Of a DNA stretch of 64,000 bases, positions 19,880 through 30,086 are shown one piece after another (position 1 is the first letter of the stretch; every line of letters starts with the position of its first letter). Under the pieces are notes generated by a model that was not told the DNA's origin, did not search any database, and was given only the letters and a program-made list of their open reading frames with translations. Where the stretch lies: the NCBI GenBank assembly GCA_965226825.1, contig CBDDED010000003.1:3092340-3156339 (forward strand). Reading direction: 5' to 3'. A program made the translations under genes and the position numbers. This DNA comes from Dehalococcoidia bacterium. Its GTDB lineage: Bacteria; Chloroflexota; Dehalococcoidia; Lucifugimonadales; UBA3495.

Positions 19880-20854
19880 GTGAGTGAGTTGATCGAAAAA
19901 CCCCTTAATCCTCCAAGTCATCAGCCAACCTTGGAAACCGTCGGTGACGGAGAAGTCCGCACTGCGACGGTGCGGGTGCCCGGCTCCTGCGGAGAACTGG
20001 TGCAGGGCATCAACCAGGACGGATATTTCCTGGTTTCCTGCCCGGTGGATTTCCACTCTCGGGTCACGGTTACAGTCGAGCGTGGCGTTTCCGCGCATGG
20101 GGCCAATCACGTCAACGCCCCTGAAGGGTTAAGCAAGGCGGGGGAAGCCGCCCGCTATGCCATGGACCACCTTCAAGCGGTTGGCTTCACCGCTTGCGTG
20201 GAAGTAAGCAACCCTATTCCCAAGGGTAAGGGTCTGGGAAGCAGCAGCGCCGACGTGGTGGGGGCCATCGCCGCCACCGGGCTCGCGTTGGGTCATGAGT
20301 TGCCGCCGGCGGAAATAGCCCGTCTTGCGCTCAAGGTGGAACCCACTGACGGCGTGATGTATCCGGGAATCGCCCTCTTCGACCATCGCGATGGAGCGGT
20401 CATGGAATCCCTGGGCCCGCCTCCGCCGCTGGAGATAGTGGCCCTGGACTTTGGGGGCACGGTGGACACCGTTGATTTCAACCGGACCGACCGCCGTTCT
20501 CTGTGGGAATCGGTGTCGGTAGACACGTCCCGGGCGTTGGAACTGGTGCGCCGGGGTGTGGCGGGCGGCGACCCGGTTTTGCTCGGAGAGGGCGCCACCA
20601 TCAGCGCGTGGACCGGGCAGAAGGTGTCTCCCAAGCCTCAATTACCCCCAGTCTGTGATTTCGCCCAGGCTGTGGGAGCCGTGGGTGTGAACGTGGCCCA
20701 CAGCGGCGCGCTCATCGGCGTGCTGCTGGATGCCCGACAGCGGCGAGGCCTGTCGGTGTTTCGGAAAGCCAGGGACGCCTTTCCCCAGGCGGAGATGGTC
20801 TATCACTTCCGGCTTTTGGGCGGAGGCGTACGGCGGGTTACAGGCGGAGCGTAG
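19880..20854 (+). CDS. pduX: GHMP kinase, L-threonine kinase PduX/BluE-like
   Basis: PGSCGELVQG, PKGKGLGSSSAD, EPTDG and NVAHSG motifs; cob context. Confidence 0.85.
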   Translation: MSELIEKPLNPPSHQPTLETVGDGEVRTATVRVPGSCGELVQGINQDGYFLVSCPVDFHSRVTVTVERGVSAHGANHVNAPEGLSKAGEAARYAMDHLQAVGFTACVEVSNPIPKGKGLGSSSADVVGAIAATGLALGHELPPAEIARLALKVEPTDGVMYPGIALFDHRDGAVMESLGPPPPLEIVALDFGGTVDTVDFNRTDRRSLWESVSVDTSRALELVRRGVAGGDPVLLGEGATISAWTGQKVSPKPQLPPVCDFAQAVGAVGVNVAHSGALIGVLLDARQRRGLSVFRKARDAFPQAEMVYHFRLLGGGVRRVTGGA

Positions 20855-20912
20855 CAGGAGCCCACTGCCCCGTTGGACCCACTCGCAAATCAGGTCAAAG
20901 GGTGTAGAAAGC

Positions 20913-21986
20913 ATGTCGGAATATAAACTGGCGGTTATCGCCGGAGACGGCGTTGGACCCGAAGTCATATCTGAGGGCCGCAAGGTGCTGGACGCTCTGG
21001 CCGGTTCCCCAGACGACCCCCAGTTCCAATGCACCGATTTCCCCTGGGGGTCGGATTACTACCGGGAGACGGGCCGGTTGATGCCGGAAGATGGTTTGGA
21101 GCAGCTTGAGGCTTTCGACGCCATTCTGTTCGGCGCCGTGGGCGACCCGCATATCCCGGACCACGTGACGCTCCACGGCCTGCTGTTGCCCATGCGGCGC
21201 ACCTTCGATCAAGGAGTGTGCATCCGTCCGGCCTATTTGTACCCGGGGGTCGAATCCCCCCTTGCCGGCAAGCGGGCCGGCGATATCGATCTGGTGATTT
21301 TCCGGGAAAACACCGAGGGGGAGTATGCCCCCATTGGCGGCCGCCTTTACCCGGCCACCGCCCACGAAACGGTGATCCAGACCAACGTCTTCACCCGCCG
21401 GGGTACCGAGCGGATTATCCGGGCCGCTTTTGAGTTCTGCGAAAGAAGGGGCCGGAAAAACAAGGTTACCTCCGTCACCAAGTCCAACGCCCAGGCTTTC
21501 GGCATGGTGTTCTGGGACGAGGTTTTCCAGGAAGTGGCTGCCGAGTTTCCAAACATACAGACTGAATCTCTGTTGGTGGACCGTGCGTGCATGGACTTCG
21601 TGCGCTGGCCGGAGGCTTTCGATGTGGTGGTGGCGTCGAATCTCTTTGCCGACATTCTTTCCGACATTGCCGCCGTGGTCACCGGAAGCATGGGCCTGGC
21701 ACCCAGCGCCAACATCAACCCCGAACACATCCACCCTTCCATGTTTGAACCGGTGCACGGCGCCGCTTTCGACATCACCGGGAAGGGCATCGCCAACCCC
21801 CTGGCCACCATCTCCGCAGTTGCCATGATGCTGGAGCACCTGGGCGAAAGGGGGGCCGCCGACAGGGTGGACCGGGCCGTAGCCCAATGCCTGAGCGAAC
21901 GCAACGTCTTGACGCCGGACCTGGGCGGCACCGCAACCACGTCCCAGGTAGCGGATGAGGTGGTGCGGTTATTGAGGGATGGGTAG
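20913..21986 (+). CDS. tartrate/D-malate dehydrogenase (isocitrate/isopropylmalate DH family)
   Basis: GDGVGPEV, RENTEGEY, SNLFADILSD and MFEPVHGAAFDI motifs. Confidence 0.88.
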   Translation: MSEYKLAVIAGDGVGPEVISEGRKVLDALAGSPDDPQFQCTDFPWGSDYYRETGRLMPEDGLEQLEAFDAILFGAVGDPHIPDHVTLHGLLLPMRRTFDQGVCIRPAYLYPGVESPLAGKRAGDIDLVIFRENTEGEYAPIGGRLYPATAHETVIQTNVFTRRGTERIIRAAFEFCERRGRKNKVTSVTKSNAQAFGMVFWDEVFQEVAAEFPNIQTESLLVDRACMDFVRWPEAFDVVVASNLFADILSDIAAVVTGSMGLAPSANINPEHIHPSMFEPVHGAAFDITGKGIANPLATISAVAMMLEHLGERGAADRVDRAVAQCLSERNVLTPDLGGTATTSQVADEVVRLLRDG

Positions 21987-22231
21987 GGGTTGATGCCGGA
22001 AATGTTACTATTGAGACCCTTAGACAGGCCTCCAACAGCCGCCTTGAGTCCCGGCGCCTAACAACCGTGAAATAAAAATTACCTGAAGCCAGCGCGGGTC
22101 GATTGTGCGGACCGACGGTAATGTGCTCACCCGTCGGCGGTAGGAAATCGTGGCTTTTGCTATCATCGTCATTACCTTAATCAGGAAAACAGGGACAAGA
22201 AACACAAGCGCGGCGCCCAGGAGTTCCCGTT

Positions 22232-22921
22232 ATGACAACAAAACCAACTTACCAAATTCTATCGGTCATCGACTACGCCAACCTGGACTTTGACCCCAAC
22301 GAGTCTGAGCCGCTGCCGGAGGGTATGGAACAGAACCCGACTATCCTGAGAATCATTGGCATGATAGACGCCCACCTTAAATCCCTGTACCCGCCCGAAG
22401 AGGTTTTCATCGACACGAACACGCCGGTGTGCTACAACCGCGATAACCTGAACGACCGGGTCATGCCGGACATCTACATCGCATTCGACGTGGACGCGCC
22501 GGCCATCGGGCAAAGGAAACTGTACCTCCCCTGGGAAGCGGGCAAGCCCCCCGACTTCGTGCTTGAAGTCGGCTCGGAGAGCACGTCCCAAAACGACCTG
22601 GGCCCCAAACGCGATCGGTACGCCCAAATCGGTGTCCTTGAATACTGGCGCTTTGACCCCAGCGGCGGCGGCCACTACGGCCAACCGTTGACTGGAGAGC
22701 GGCTGGTTAACGGCGTTTACCTGCCCATTGAACTTACCACAGAACCGGACGGCATTCTGAAAGGGCACAGTCCGATACTGGGGCGAAGCCTGTGCTGGCA
22801 GGACGGGATACCGGAACTCTACGACCCCAATTGCAACACTTACCACCGGGACCTGACCCAGTCTGAGGCCAGAATCCGGGAATTAGAAGAGGAAATCCGG
22901 CGCCAACAAGGCGGAAACTAA
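22232..22921 (+). CDS. Uma2 (DUF820) family endonuclease-like protein
   Basis: MPDIY, PDFVLEVGSEST and KRDRYAQIGVLEYWRFDP motifs; coiled-coil tail. Confidence 0.88.
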   Translation: MTTKPTYQILSVIDYANLDFDPNESEPLPEGMEQNPTILRIIGMIDAHLKSLYPPEEVFIDTNTPVCYNRDNLNDRVMPDIYIAFDVDAPAIGQRKLYLPWEAGKPPDFVLEVGSESTSQNDLGPKRDRYAQIGVLEYWRFDPSGGGHYGQPLTGERLVNGVYLPIELTTEPDGILKGHSPILGRSLCWQDGIPELYDPNCNTYHRDLTQSEARIRELEEEIRRQQGGN

Positions 22922-23036
22922 TTGCTGCTAGGGAAGAACGGGGACCAGCGAGGGATCGGTCAAATCATGGGATCCCCCTGCGGGCCTTGTTCCAAAGATT
23001 AACCACGAGGTAGCCAGACGGCAGAGGGCCGGCCGG

Positions 23037-23453
23037 ATGACCAGTGAACCGCGTTGGAAACTCCGATTCAATAGCTTCTCCCGCGCATACGCGTTGTTGC
23101 GGAGCGCCCTCGATTCCGGCGTAGGACCGCTCAACGAGTTGGAGCGCGAGGGAGTAATCCAACGTTTCGAATATACCTTTGAGTTAGCCTGGAACACTCT
23201 CAAAGATCGGTTGGAATACGAGGGAGTCACCCTGCCCGCGGTCACCCCGCGAAATGTCATCCGACAAGCGTTTCAGGCGCGACTTATTGAAGACGGCGAC
23301 GCCTGGCTCGACATGCTCACTGACCGGAATTTGAGCTCACATACTTATGACGCGGCCGGCATCGAGGCTGTGCTCAAAAACGTACATGAACGCTACCTCG
23401 CAGTATTAAACGGCTTACACTTGAGATTGACCGAGGACATGGTGGAGCAGTGA
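23037..23453 (+). CDS. HEPN/HI0074-family nucleotidyltransferase substrate-binding protein (putative toxin)
   Basis: GVIQRFEYTFELAW and Rx4H motif RNLSSHTY. Confidence 0.9.
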   Translation: MTSEPRWKLRFNSFSRAYALLRSALDSGVGPLNELEREGVIQRFEYTFELAWNTLKDRLEYEGVTLPAVTPRNVIRQAFQARLIEDGDAWLDMLTDRNLSSHTYDAAGIEAVLKNVHERYLAVLNGLHLRLTEDMVEQ

Positions 23454-23764
23454 AAGCGCCCTGCCTCTCCAAGAAAACCATGAATGCGCTGGCTCAAGTG
23501 TTCACTCGCTACCCCGAACTGACCCAAGTCCTGCTCTACGGATCCCGGGCCAACGGCAACGCGACGCCCCGTTCGGACATCGACCTTGCCACCCGTGGCA
23601 TCCTCGATTCCCACCGCCTTGGCCGCCTCGTCTTAGACCTGGAGGAGTCCGACATCCTCCAGAAATGCGACGTGCACGCCTACGAGCGAATCAGTAATAC
23701 TGGGCTCAAGGCCTACATAGACTCGGAGGCCATCTCCATCTACGAGAGGAGTGCGGGTGGCTAG
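23450..23764 (+). CDS. minimal nucleotidyltransferase (MNT) antitoxin
   Basis: LYGSRANG...SDIDLA (GSx10DxD); GTGA overlap with the HEPN gene. Confidence 0.88.
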   Translation: MKAPCLSKKTMNALAQVFTRYPELTQVLLYGSRANGNATPRSDIDLATRGILDSHRLGRLVLDLEESDILQKCDVHAYERISNTGLKAYIDSEAISIYERSAGG

Positions 23765-24380
23765 CCTGCGGTTTTTCCATCCAAAGGGGAGTGCAAAACT
23801 TTCGAGTTAAGACAGTCAATCGAATGACGGAAAGGCAACTGTTCAGAGTGTGGATGTTGGATTGCCCGAACACTTCTTCATAGACACCAGCCTGAACGTC
23901 GGCAACAAGGTTTAACCCATCAAAATCGGGCGGCTTGACACTCGGCTCCCTTCAACGCTGGATTGTTACGCTCGTGAACGTTGGCATCCATTTTTTCGCC
24001 CCCACTATTCGTTTCCCCGAGGGAACGAATAAGGAACGAATCCCCCTGGACCGAACCAACCCTTCGACGAGGTCAGGATGAAAGACGGGCGACGTCAGTT
24101 GGTGTCACCCCAGGTTGGCTCGGTGTTCTCCGGCGCAATTTCGGATCGTTTATTGCTCAATATTGTAGAGAGATGTAACCGCAGCGGGGAGGAGAGAAAT
24201 GTCACCAGGGGATTGCGTTTTGCTCCAGGGACTGACAGGTTTCTTCGTCGCAAGCCTGTCTCGAACCAGGTGAAGAATGCACTTCCCTTCAGATCTGAAC
24301 AGATACACGGAAAGCCTTCAAGGGGAGTCCGCCGCCGTATCTACTGAGCGTCCGGGCTGCCGAGCAAAGGTTGGTCCTAG

Positions 24381-24593
24381 GACAAACGGCGAGGCATTGC
24401 CAATCCCCTGGCTGCCATCTCCGCCGCGGCCATGATGCCGACTACTTTGGTGAGGCCTAAGCCCCCCTGGAGGGTAAACTAAGCGGTGGCTCGGTGTCTC
24501 AGGGAAGCGCGGGTACTGCCACCGGATTTCGGTGGCAGAAACTCCACTTCCCAAGTAGCCAAGGAGGTCGTGCAATTGCTGAGCGGCGGGTAG
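24381..24593 (+). pseudogene. decayed duplicate of the 3' end of the dehydrogenase at 20913-21986
   Basis: Translates GIANPLAAISAAAMM/frameshift/DYFGEA*APWRVN*AVARCLREARVLPPDFGGRNSTSQVAKEVVQLLSGG*, aligning with GIANPLATISAVAMM...TSQVADEVVRLLRDG*. Confidence 0.85.
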
Positions 24594-24680
24594 GAAGCGA
24601 ATCAAGGCACAAGTATATTTATCCTCGCCTCCTTCCCAGAGGGGACTTTCGAGCGGCGACCAAGGCCATGCTCCATTCAG

Positions 24681-25103
24681 CTATTCTATTCGTATATCTC
24701 CCAAGCATCCAGCTTCAATTTCCTTCCCGCACTCGTAACAGTAAAGCCCTTGAAGTCCACCGGGTGTACCTTCACTCCTTAAGTGAACAAGTTTATCGTC
24801 CTGAGCTAAAAATACTTGGTAGGTATCCAAGTCGCTTCTAAGTTGTACCGACCCGCATTCCCGGCAGGCGCACTTGGGTAGATTCCCTTCATCCTCGGGG
24901 GAGTGGTTTTCGGCTGTCTGTCCTCTTAAGCGATTTGATCCATCATTGATTCGCGGGGAGGCTGAATCAAGATGCACAGTGATGGGTCTCAGACTGGCCA
25001 ACCCATTTAACACCACTTGAAAAGAAATGCTACCAAAGGTTTCCTGTTCGATTTCGGACATATCAATCCAGATCCTCTCGGTCAAGTATTGGATCGGGAT
25101 CAT
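24681..25103 (-). CDS. hypothetical protein with two CxxC pairs (start uncertain)
   Basis: CRECG and CYECG motifs in the C-terminal half; the N-terminal half is doubtful. Confidence 0.35.
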   Translation of the reverse strand: MIPIQYLTERIWIDMSEIEQETFGSISFQVVLNGLASLRPITVHLDSASPRINDGSNRLRGQTAENHSPEDEGNLPKCACRECGSVQLRSDLDTYQVFLAQDDKLVHLRSEGTPGGLQGLYCYECGKEIEAGCLGDIRIE

Positions 25104-25164
25104 TGATCGTAATCATTCGGCTGTCAATGCCTACAGCGGCCTCCTATATGGGAGGTTTATGGAC

Positions 25165-25950
25165 TCATCCTGTTATTCGGTAACGCCCGCGGTCCAGGAA
25201 ATCCAAAATTCTCCCGCGGCGCAAAACCTGAAGTTGTTGGCGGATTTTGGCTTCGATGTTGTGGTTCTCCGGGTGCCGCCGGGATAAATCGTCGACGAAG
25301 CGAAAATAAAAGTCTTGTAGAGTAAATTCCCGTTCCCCAGTTATATTCTGCAAGTCACGGACACATGTGAGAATTTCTGCGCCCCAACCTCCGGAGGCCT
25401 GAGCGTCCGAACCTAGGAACTCGAACTTCTGCCAATCTGACCTAACGTCGGCAACCTTCCGCGCTATGCCGTCGTTTACCACCGGAACCTGTCCTTCTGG
25501 CGGTAAATCTTTCAGCAGGATTTTCGAGCCAATCCAACCGCTTCTCCGGGCGTGCTTCGGAAGCGGAGGCCGCTGTTCGATTACGGCCAAGGTGATGAAA
25601 TGACTGGGAACGACGAATAAATCGGTAACGCTCCACTGCGGTTTGGCATACCGTAGGAATACGTAGTGGGGTATCCGACCTTCGCGTATGGCCTCTACCT
25701 TCCGTCCATAGGCCGAGTTTGAGACGGATCGACCAAACCTGCGCTGTTGGCTCTTTAACTGGTAGCCTGCGCCGCAGTCGGGGCAACTGAAATCTCGGAC
25801 GGGCGTGTTAGGGGGCTCGGTGGATAAACAGCCAGATTGGCAGGCCAAGCAGAACAGATTTCTGGAAGCCCAATCTTCGCTGACTCGCCGAGAAATTTGG
25901 GAATTGCTGGAATACCCTTCGGCTAACGCCGAATTCATTTGTAGGTTCAA
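25165..25950 (-). CDS. DpnI-like (Dam-replacing family) modification-dependent endonuclease
   Basis: YSSNSQISRRVSEDW, two CxxC Zn pairs, ARRSGWIG and winged-helix HPENHNIEAKIRQQLQVLR. Confidence 0.88.
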   Translation of the reverse strand: MNLQMNSALAEGYSSNSQISRRVSEDWASRNLFCLACQSGCLSTEPPNTPVRDFSCPDCGAGYQLKSQQRRFGRSVSNSAYGRKVEAIREGRIPHYVFLRYAKPQWSVTDLFVVPSHFITLAVIEQRPPLPKHARRSGWIGSKILLKDLPPEGQVPVVNDGIARKVADVRSDWQKFEFLGSDAQASGGWGAEILTCVRDLQNITGEREFTLQDFYFRFVDDLSRRHPENHNIEAKIRQQLQVLRRGRILDFLDRGRYRITG

Positions 25951-26058
25951 AGAAACGAAACCGGATAGAGTAGACCGCGTGTATCAGGAGATTCATCGCC
26001 CCTTGGGCGCCGCGAAATCCACATCTTCAGGAGGCGTCCCCAAACAAGTTGCCGTCTC

Positions 26059-26673
26059 CTACCCCGCCCCCAGAATCACCTTTACCATGCGTTTTTCCAG
26101 GGTCAGGCCCAGTTGGGTGGTCAGGTCCAGGCGCGTGTGGTCGCCGATGGTGGCTACGAACGCCACGCCCAGTAGGCGGCCAACCCGGAAGTCGATTATG
26201 GTGGATGACACCAGGCCCGATGATCCGCCTTGGACGACCTTGAGGGCCACGGCTTCGTCGTAGAATCCCTGGGGCTCCAACCGGGTTGCCGACACCAATT
26301 GGTGGTCGTCCCCAACCCTTTCGCCCACGTTGTCCTCAAAGTCCTTGATGAAGATATCGGTCATCCATCCGGGCACTGAGGCCGGGTCGTCGAACAGGTG
26401 CGCGACCGTCGCGGCCAGAAAGTCGAACCCATCGGCGCTTGGCATGTTGCTGGTGGGGCCAAACTCGCGAAGGAATCCGGTTACCCGCCCCACATTCCGG
26501 ATTTTCTCTTCTGTGTTGCCCGGAAATCCCTGTTGGGCCATGGTGGCGTTGTCCAGCAAGCCCTCCCGGACCAGTTGGTGGCCCGCAAAATCCGATGGCA
26601 GGTCGGATTTCTCCAGGACCATGAACTCCAAGGCGTTGTCGGTGACGCTGAAAGTTGCCCGGTTGATTGCCAT
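26059..26673 (-). CDS. hypothetical protein
   Basis: 204-aa ORF with GGAGG RBS and coding-like codon usage; no family recognised. Confidence 0.65.
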   Translation of the reverse strand: MAINRATFSVTDNALEFMVLEKSDLPSDFAGHQLVREGLLDNATMAQQGFPGNTEEKIRNVGRVTGFLREFGPTSNMPSADGFDFLAATVAHLFDDPASVPGWMTDIFIKDFEDNVGERVGDDHQLVSATRLEPQGFYDEAVALKVVQGGSSGLVSSTIIDFRVGRLLGVAFVATIGDHTRLDLTTQLGLTLEKRMVKVILGAG

Positions 26674-26757
26674 CGTGGTGTTTGTATCCTCCGTTTTGGG
26701 GTGAAGCCGCGCGTTTCGAGGTGAAGCCGCGGCGGCCAGTCTAATGGCCTTGTAGGG

Positions 26758-27834
26758 TTATCCGCACACCATGGGATAGACGTGATTCGTGCGCGACATT
26801 TCCACCGGTATCTGGCTCTTGGTCCAAGTGTTGCCCTGGTCGCAGCTGCTATAAACCAGGCCGTCCCTGGTGCAGCAGTGGACGCTGGACGGCGCTGCCG
26901 GATCAACGGCGACCTGGAACATTCGGCTTGGGGGCGTCTCGCCCAGGTCCATACGTTCCCAGGACTCGCCCATGTCCCGGGTGCACACCAGCGCCCCGGC
27001 CTCCTGGGTTCCCGGAGGAGCGCCGCCGCCGCCGGCGCCGGCGGCGAGGTACATTGTCTTGGGGTCATCGGGGGCCACGGTCAGTCCTCGGCAATAGGAG
27101 CCGCCGGGGAACATCTCTTCCAGGGGGACCAACTCCCAATGATGTCCCCGTTGGCGGCTGCGGAACATGGCGATTTGGGTGATGATGAACACCAGGCCCG
27201 GCGCAGATGGGTTAACCTGTACGCCGTGAAGGTCGACCGGGCTGGTGCTGGTGTAGTGTCCGTCGGTTGCCGACACCCAGGTCTCCCCGCCGTCCCTGCT
27301 GGCCACCAGCCCGCCCACTTCCACCGCGCCGTAAACGTCGTCGGGATTGCCCGGGTCCACGGAGATTCCGATTACGCGCTTGACGATTTCCCTGGGATGC
27401 ATAGTGATGTGGGGGAAGACCACGTTGGCGGTGTTCATCGGTTGCCAGGAGTCCCCGGCGTCCACCGAGCGGCAGATGACGCTGCGGTCATACCCGGCGA
27501 ACATTACGCCAGGGTCATGGGGATGGGCCGCCAGCGACCAAACGTCTCCCCGGGGCGAGTCCTGTCTTTCCCAACGCTCTCCCCGGTCGTCGCTTCGGTA
27601 AACCCCATCGTGGGTCCCGGCGAAAATGACTCTCGGGTCTTGGGGGCTGACCAACAGCGCCCTGACCTGGGGGTGGGCGGGAAGTCCCTGAGAGAGGCTG
27701 TCCCAGGTCTCGTCGCCGTCTCCCCGGCGATAAAGACCTCCCTGGTCCAGAGCCGGGCCGTCGGAGCCCACCAGAAGGGGACTTTCTCCGCCGAGTCCGA
27801 CGTAAACGTAGCTCTTGTGCTGTGCTTCAGACAT
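26758..27834 (-). CDS. BNR/Asp-box beta-propeller protein
   Basis: Repeated SxDxGxxW motifs; AGGAG RBS. Confidence 0.85.
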   Translation of the reverse strand: MSEAQHKSYVYVGLGGESPLLVGSDGPALDQGGLYRRGDGDETWDSLSQGLPAHPQVRALLVSPQDPRVIFAGTHDGVYRSDDRGERWERQDSPRGDVWSLAAHPHDPGVMFAGYDRSVICRSVDAGDSWQPMNTANVVFPHITMHPREIVKRVIGISVDPGNPDDVYGAVEVGGLVASRDGGETWVSATDGHYTSTSPVDLHGVQVNPSAPGLVFIITQIAMFRSRQRGHHWELVPLEEMFPGGSYCRGLTVAPDDPKTMYLAAGAGGGGAPPGTQEAGALVCTRDMGESWERMDLGETPPSRMFQVAVDPAAPSSVHCCTRDGLVYSSCDQGNTWTKSQIPVEMSRTNHVYPMVCG

Positions 27835-28028
27835 GGCCTGCTCCTGTTGGGGGCGTCGTGGTTATATTGGTCGTGGTTATATTGAATGCCCGGATGCCAT
27901 TGTCGCATACATTAGGAGAGAGACCGCGCGGGATGGCGAATTGCCCTGGGCAAACGCATTCCAATGCAACGGGAGAATCTGGCGTCCAAACTGATGCCAG
28001 ATCGCCATTTATCCAACCGCCCCCACCT

Positions 28029-28222
28029 CCTGTCATTCTCGCCGCAGCGGGAATCCAGAGCCCTTTCTGTGCGGCGACACGCTTGTCCCAACGAGGAAAC
28101 GCCAGGTGTGGGCAGGCCGGGCTCCTTCCGTTGCCCTTGCCGCACGACCATGCCTTGGACACCGAAGCCTGTTTAAAGGTTGAGAGGAGCTCTGGATTCC
28201 CGCTGCGGCGAGAATGACGGGG
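28029..28222. repeat. REPIN/MITE-like REP doublet
   Basis: gtcattctcgccgcagcgggaatccagagc at 28032 and an inverted copy at about 28189-28220. Confidence 0.88.
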
Positions 28223-28573
28223 GATGGGTTCCGCCAGGACCGTAGCGCCAACGCTTTTGTATGATCGGTTTCCCCGAGTCCTCCGGTTTTTAAAATGCGA
28301 TAGCCGTGGTCAATCCCAGCCTAACCTATGTCGTTGGTTTCGCGGGTGACGGGGATCGCCCGTCGTAGACCCCTGAACACTGCCGGAGCAGCCGCAGAAG
28401 CCATTGGGAATTGTTCGACGAATCGCCAACCTTGTCAAGGCCAGCGTTGTTAAGGCCAACGTTGTCAACGGTTTAAGTCCCCGCCACAGGGCCGCATCCG
28501 TTGCCGGCTCTGGCAAGGGATTCCGCTGTAAGGTAGTATGGGAGAAACGCAAGGGGCTCAGGAGATACGGAAT

Positions 28574-29272
28574 ATGCAAAACAAGGTCTTCGCCACCTTT
28601 GACGAGGCGGTGGCCGACATTCCCGACGGCTGTACCGTGGCCTTTGCAGGGTTCGGCAACGTCGGATTTCCTCGCAACCTCATCGCCGCTCTGCACCGGC
28701 AGGGCGCCACTAACATGGAGGGCATTTCCAACAACGCGGGGGCCCTGGACGACCGAGTGGATGTGGGCTTGCTGGTAGGGGCCGGCCGCTTTAGAAAAAT
28801 GACTTGCGCCTTTACCGCTGCCACGCACCCTTCAAGGATCACGGACTTCGTGAGGATGTACAACGACGGCGAAATTGAGGCGGAGACAGTCCCCCAGGGG
28901 ACTTTGGTGGAGCGGCTGCGAGCCGCCGCCTACGGCATCGGCGGGTTCTTCACTCCCACCAGCGTGGGGACTGAGTTGGCGGAAGGCAAGGAGCACCGGG
29001 AGATTGACGGCCGCACCTACGTGCTGGAACATCCCCTACGGACCGACTACGCTTTCATCCGGGCCTGGAAGGCCGACACCTTCGGCAATTTGCAGTTCCG
29101 CCTGACTCAGCGCAACTTTAACCCCGTGATGGCGATGGCGGCCACTACCACCATCGTGGAAGTGGAAAACGACATTGTGGAAATTGGCGGACTGGACCCG
29201 GACCACATTCACGTGCCCGGAATATACGTCAACCGGGTGGTGCGGATTCCGGAAGACGGAATCTGGGATTAG
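28574..29272 (+). CDS. 3-oxoacid CoA-transferase subunit A
   Basis: AGFG.VGFP, SNNAG, PQGTLVERLRA and RNFNP motifs. Confidence 0.92.
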   Translation: MQNKVFATFDEAVADIPDGCTVAFAGFGNVGFPRNLIAALHRQGATNMEGISNNAGALDDRVDVGLLVGAGRFRKMTCAFTAATHPSRITDFVRMYNDGEIEAETVPQGTLVERLRAAAYGIGGFFTPTSVGTELAEGKEHREIDGRTYVLEHPLRTDYAFIRAWKADTFGNLQFRLTQRNFNPVMAMAATTTIVEVENDIVEIGGLDPDHIHVPGIYVNRVVRIPEDGIWD

Positions 29273-29390
29273 AGGAAGATAGGCGGGCGGCTCCGCACTC
29301 GACGCGGAGCCATATAGGCCCGGCGTTCTCGGTATAGGCGGGAAACACGTAGAGCAGAGAAACCCGGTATCAACAACCCGGAGGATTTCT

Positions 29391-30065
29391 ATGGCGGAAA
29401 AAGCTAGGCTAGACCGGCAGGCCATGTGCGACCGGCTGGCCATGGAGTTTCAGGACGGATGGGTGGTCAACCTGGGGATTGGTATACCGACCTTGTGTTC
29501 CAATTACGTTGACCCCAGCCGGGAGACTATCAACCAGTCCGAAAACGGCGTAATCGGTTATGGGCCCCTGGCTGCCCCCGGTGAAGAGGACCGGCACCTG
29601 GTCAACGCCGGCGGTCAGCATGTGACCAGCCTGCCGGGTATGGCCATAGTCCACCACGCAGATTCCTTTGGAATTATCCGGGGTGGGATGGTTGACGTAA
29701 CCGTGCTGGGCGCTTACGAGGTGGCGGAAAATGGCGACTTTGCCAACTGGCGACTGCCCAACCAGAAGGGCGGCGGAATAGGCGGGGCCATGGACCTGGC
29801 GGCCTGCGCCAAGCGCGTCTTCATCGCCATGGAACACTGCACCAGGGAAGGAGGGCCGCGGCTGCTCCGGCGGTGCAACCTGCCCATCACCGCCCCCGGC
29901 GTGGTGAAGATGGTGTCTACTGACCTGGGTTTCTTCGAGGTAACATCGGAAGGGTTTGTGCTGCGGGAACGCGCGCCCGGCTGGACTCCCGAAGAGATTC
30001 AGGAACTGACCGAAGCCAAGCTAATCATCCCCGACGAAGTTCTCGAGGTGCGGCTGCGGGACTAA
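29391..30065 (+). CDS. 3-oxoacid CoA-transferase subunit B
   Basis: VNLGIGIPT, SENG and GGAMDL motifs. Confidence 0.92.
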   Translation: MAEKARLDRQAMCDRLAMEFQDGWVVNLGIGIPTLCSNYVDPSRETINQSENGVIGYGPLAAPGEEDRHLVNAGGQHVTSLPGMAIVHHADSFGIIRGGMVDVTVLGAYEVAENGDFANWRLPNQKGGGIGGAMDLAACAKRVFIAMEHCTREGGPRLLRRCNLPITAPGVVKMVSTDLGFFEVTSEGFVLRERAPGWTPEEIQELTEAKLIIPDEVLEVRLRD

Positions 30066-30086
30066 CATTGAGGCAATTAGGAAGTC

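Noticed and set aside
24061-24082. cccttcgac...caggatga REP-like motif (weak inverse at about 31455-31473)
   Set aside because: Single degenerate copies, too weak to call from this window.
27855-27884. Perfect 15-bp tandem duplication (also three imperfect 15-mers at about 28425-28469)
   Set aside because: Consistent with simple slippage, and no function can be supported.
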